A stretch of 62,723 bases of DNA, filler included, from Deltaproteobacteria bacterium (GTDB lineage Bacteria; JAUYMQ01), in assembly GCA_030698575.1 (NCBI GenBank). It is 15 parts of 15 records of this genome, joined end to end, with 100 filler letters (N's around TTAATTAATTAA, not from the genome) between each part and the next. Parts side by side here need not be neighbours in the genome. Positions count along the whole stretch, not along the records: positions 56,552 to 59,450 come from JAUYMQ010000442.1; positions 59,551 to 62,723 come from JAUYMQ010000117.1; 13 more parts are not named here. One strand, given 5' to 3'. Position 1 is the stretch's first letter, and each line of letters opens with the position of its first letter. Of the stretch, positions 59,406-62,723 are shown in pieces. The translations under genes and the position numbers were made by a program. Below the pieces are notes generated by a model. The model was not told where the DNA came from and searched no databases. It was given only the letters and a program-made list of their open reading frames with translations.

Positions 59406-59550
59406 GATTAATCACGCGCCACAAAGCGTAGCCAAACGATGTGACGTTCCNNNNNNNNNNNNNNNNNNNNNNNNNNNNNNNNNNNNNNNNNNNNTTAATT
59501 AATTAANNNNNNNNNNNNNNNNNNNNNNNNNNNNNNNNNNNNNNNNNNNN

Positions 59551-59835
59551 TTGAACCTTTCCGACAACTGCCCCGACACCCCGAACGCCAATCAGACGGA
59601 CACCGACGCGGACAACCTGGGCGACGCCTGCGACGCCGCGCCCACAAACCCCGACCAGGACGGCGACGGTCTTCTGGACGGCGACGAGGTGCGCACGCAT
59701 CACACCGACCCGGCCAATCCCGACACGGACGGAGACGGGGTGAGTGACGGGGTGGAGGTGGCGCAGGGGTTTGATCCGCTGGACCCGGCCTCGACGCCGC
59801 CGCTCGGGGGCGCCGTGCCGGCCTTGTCGGCGGCG
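59551..59835 (+). repeat. 285-bp direct repeat, copy 1 (copy 2 at 62138-62422)
   Basis: Near-identical and colinear at a constant offset of 2587 nt; encodes LNLSDNCPD...AVPALSAA. Confidence 0.93.
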
Positions 59836-61082
59836 GGCCTCGCGCTCTTCCTGCTCCTCTTTTTCCTGTCGGCAGCCATCGTGCGCAGGCGGCGGCGGGG
59901 GGCGCTGGACCGCGCGGCGCGGCTGTATCTCGCGCTGTTTGTCTGGCTGGCCCTTCAGGTGCAGCTCTCGCGCGAGGCCTTTGCGGCGCTGGGCGAGTAC
60001 ATCCACCCGGATCACCTGGGCAGCACCCGGGTGCTGCGCGACGGCGCGGGGCAGGAAACCCGGCGGCTTACGTACAAGCCCTTCGGCGACACGGAGAGCA
60101 GCACGGGGGCGGGGGAAATCCCTACGAGTACGCCGGCGGGGTCTTCGACGCCGAGACGGGCCTCTACTACCTCGGCGCCCGCTACTACGCCCCGTCGATC
60201 GGCCGCTTCCTGCAGCCTGACGACCTCGGCGATCCTTTTGATCCCCAGTCCCTCAACCGCTACACTTACGCGCGCAACAACCCGGTGATGTTCCTAGACC
60301 CGACGGGGCAGTTTTTTGGGTTCTTCGCGGCGTTCTTTGGTTTCCTCGGCGGGGTCCTGGGAGGCACGGCCAATCTCATCGGTGGTTTTGCCAGCGGCCT
60401 CACGGGCGTCAACTTGAGTTCATTGCCGGTCCTTGGGGGGGTGTTCAACGCCGACAGCGGCGCGTTTTTCCTGGCCCAGCAACTGGGCTCCCTTGCCGCA
60501 ACCGTCGCCAACCAGCGGGGCCCCGGCTTCTCTGTGGGTGACGCGGGGCTCTTGGGCGTCGAGGTGGGCAGCGGCGTCTCGGGGGCTAGGTCGCCGCTGC
60601 TAAGGGATGTCAGCACAACCCTCGAGAGAGGGGGGTTCGGTAACGGCGCGAGCAGGTTCGGGCTGAGTGATGCGGAGAGAAGGCAACGGATCATCGACAA
60701 TGCGTTCGCGGCGGCAGGCGGAGAGGAAGGGGAGATTCCGTTTACCGACGTACTGGATCCGAAGAAACTGGGCGAGGAGCTTTTGAGGAAGATCGGCACG
60801 GCCCGAGGGAATGTGCAGCTCATGGTCACGGGAAGGGGCGAGGGCGAGATCACGGGGACTTTCAAGAATGTCGGCACACCGGTGGATGAGACCATAACGA
60901 AATTCGGGGGGCTTCCGGTCGGACGAATAAAGATCGGAATGGAGGTCACAGGAAACTTCAGAGTCACACGTGAGAGCCTTAGCTTGACGAACATAAGAGG
61001 GTTAGAAGCGAGGGAGTTTCCAGGAAGCTTAAGCCCCGTGACATCTGTAACGGTAACCCCCAAAATGACTGTCTTTGAGTGA
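59551..61082 (+). pseudogene. Rhs repeat protein C-terminal part (TSP3 repeats, CTERM-like TM pair, Rhs core, toxin tip), frameshifted near 60105-60120, 5' truncated
   Basis: First frame gives YIHPDHLGS..YKPFG; the -1 frame continues NPYEYAGGVFDAETGLYYLGARYYAPSIGRFLQPD..SLNRYTYARNNPVMFLDPTG. Confidence 0.9.
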
Positions 61083-61178
61083 GCGGGGTATCTAAGCGCT
61101 ACAATACGGTCAGTCAACCATGCGTTGAGCGGTGGGGGGATGGGTCGTTTGGATAATACAAAACGCAAAGCAGGATCG

Positions 61179-61721
61179 ATGAAGCGTGCGATTCAGACTA
61201 CCTTTCTGGTGGTTGGCATGATGCTTCTCGGTGGGTGCGACTATGGTTCGGAAGTTCCGCTGGGCGCGGTTAATGAAGCGTCCATCGACGAGCAGTTGGT
61301 TGGAATGTGGACCTGTGTACGACGGACTCCGAAAGAGGTGATGAGCGGGGAGACGCTGTTTCTCCAATTCAATGATCGCGAGTACTATCTCCAAATGTCA
61401 GGCGAGACCAGAATTTTGTCCGAGCCCGACAAGGAGCAGTTCTACCTAACTTCATTCAGACGGGCCTATTCGACGGAAATCTTTGGTACCACATTTCTAA
61501 ACGTTCAGAACATCACCGTTTCTGGAAAACGACGCTATGTCTTCTACTCCTACTCCATGCCTTCACCTGACAAATTGATCATTCAATTTGTAGACATGAA
61601 TCTATTCCCCCAGGATCTCTCGACCATCGAGGAAGCGCGCCGAATCGTTCAGGAGAAGATCAACAATCCTGACCTCTATGAAGATGACGCGATGAAGTGC
61701 CAGAGGGTTCAAGAGAATTGA
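61179..61721 (+). CDS. Lipoprotein, candidate immunity protein
   Basis: MKR + hydrophobic stretch + LGGC lipobox; visibly more AT-rich than the flanks; directly follows the Rhs tip. Confidence 0.75.
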   Translation: MKRAIQTTFLVVGMMLLGGCDYGSEVPLGAVNEASIDEQLVGMWTCVRRTPKEVMSGETLFLQFNDREYYLQMSGETRILSEPDKEQFYLTSFRRAYSTEIFGTTFLNVQNITVSGKRRYVFYSYSMPSPDKLIIQFVDMNLFPQDLSTIEEARRIVQEKINNPDLYEDDAMKCQRVQEN

Positions 61722-61792
61722 GCGGCATCCGCATCATCGAAGGATCGTGAATTCCTGAAGCGCTTACAATCTTCCCGAACGGCGGCCAAGCG

Positions 61793-62473
61793 CAGGATCT
61801 CGCCTACAGCTACGACCCGAGCGGCAACATCGCATCGGTGACCGACGCGCTCGACCCGAATGGGTCCCGGAGCTTCACCTACGACGGTCTCGACCGCCTG
61901 ACCGCGGCCACGGGGCCCTCCACGAGCGACACCTACGCCTACAGCCCCTCGGGGAACCTCCTCTCGAAGGAAGGGCAGCCCCAGCTCTACACGATCCCCG
62001 CGCACCCGCACGCCGTCTCGGAGGCCATCGGCCTATCGATGAGCTACGACGCGGCGGGTAACCTGACCGGGGCCGGGGACAACGCCTATAGCTACGACGA
62101 GGAAGGGCGGATGAGCGAGGCGCGCCAGGGGGGCGTGCTGAACCTTTCCGACAACTGCCCCGACGTGACGAACCCCGCCCCGACCGACACCGACGCCGGC
62201 AATCTCGGCGACGCCTGCGACGCCGTGCCCTTCAATCCGGACCAGGACGGCGACGGCTTGCTCGATGGCGACGAGGTGCGCACCTACCACACCGACCCGG
62301 CCAATGCTGACACGGACGGCGACGGGGCGTCGGACGGGGTGGAGGTGGCGCAGGGGTTTGACCCCCTGGACCCGGCCTCGACGCCGCCCCTCGGGGGCGC
62401 CGTGCCGGCCTTGTCGGCGGCGCGGGGCGATCGACCCGGGATGCTCTCGCGCGGCTCCCGCCGTCCAGCGTGA
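61793..62473 (+). pseudogene. Orphan Rhs fragment: YD repeats plus TSP3 repeats, truncated within the CTERM-like motif
   Basis: QDLAYSYDPSGNI, FTYDGLDRL, PHAV, SYDAAGNL, YSYDEEGRM, then DNCPD...AVPALSAA. Confidence 0.85.
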
Positions 62474-62723
62474 CCAGCCGTCCGCTCGAAGGTCCCTTCG
62501 AGGAAGCCTTGTATCTTTTCTCGTTGACGGGAAACCCCGCCCAAGGCACCGCAGTCGAGAATTCCTTCGGAGCAGAACAGGGACAAGCTGGGAATCGCCT
62601 CCAAGTCCGAGGATTGACAGGCCGGGCGCCCGGCAAGAATTCGCCTTGCGCACGTCTTTGAACAACCTTCCGTTTTCCCTTCAATTCCAATCGCTTGCCA
62701 CGCTCTCCCAGCGCAGGTGTCGG

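Noticed and set aside
60113..60119. Programmed -1 ribosomal frameshift at GGGAAAT
   Set aside because: The upstream frame reads GGG GAA ATC, so the heptamer is not in X XXY YYZ phase
62474..62723. IS end or gene truncating the orphan Rhs
   Set aside because: No recognisable inverted repeat, transposase motif or convincing ORF in the available sequence

Overview
This window is not one locus. It is 15 short contigs joined by 100-nt artificial spacers (44 N + TTAATTAATTAA + 44 N), typical of a concatenated draft or metagenome bin: 1-2601, 2702-5886, 5987-10585, 10686-13639, 13740-16381, 16482-20659, 20760-24438, 24539-27418, 27519-34079, 34180-44088, 44189-48492, 48593-53586, 53687-56451, 56552-59450, 59551-62723. 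Most contigs look like a high-GC diderm bacterium of the Deltaproteobacteria/Myxococcota/Binatota-like sphere. They carry lysS-lolE-lolD-bamA-skp-fabZ-lpxA-lpxI, panBC, ftsY-glpK, methylmalonyl-CoA mutase genes, an MglA-like GTPase, a bactofilin, an AddA-like helicase and an ethylbenzene/steroid-C25-dehydrogenase-like molybdoenzyme operon. Contigs 1 and 14 look like tailed-phage DNA. The best candidate for an undescribed system is contig 15: an Rhs/YD polymorphic-toxin locus in which thrombospondin type-3 repeats, an IPTL-CTERM-like sorting signal and an internal signal-peptide-like segment sit inside the Rhs protein just before the core, followed by an unrecognised toxin tip, a lipoprotein immunity candidate and a second orphan module. 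Other notable items are an in-frame amber codon next to the metal-ligand Cys of a molybdoenzyme, a RibBA with a dead RibB half coupled to a PadR regulator, a panB attenuator leader, a 78-bp duplication bracketing a glycosyltransferase, and two families of short palindromic repeats. All family assignments come from motif recognition by eye; no database searches were run.
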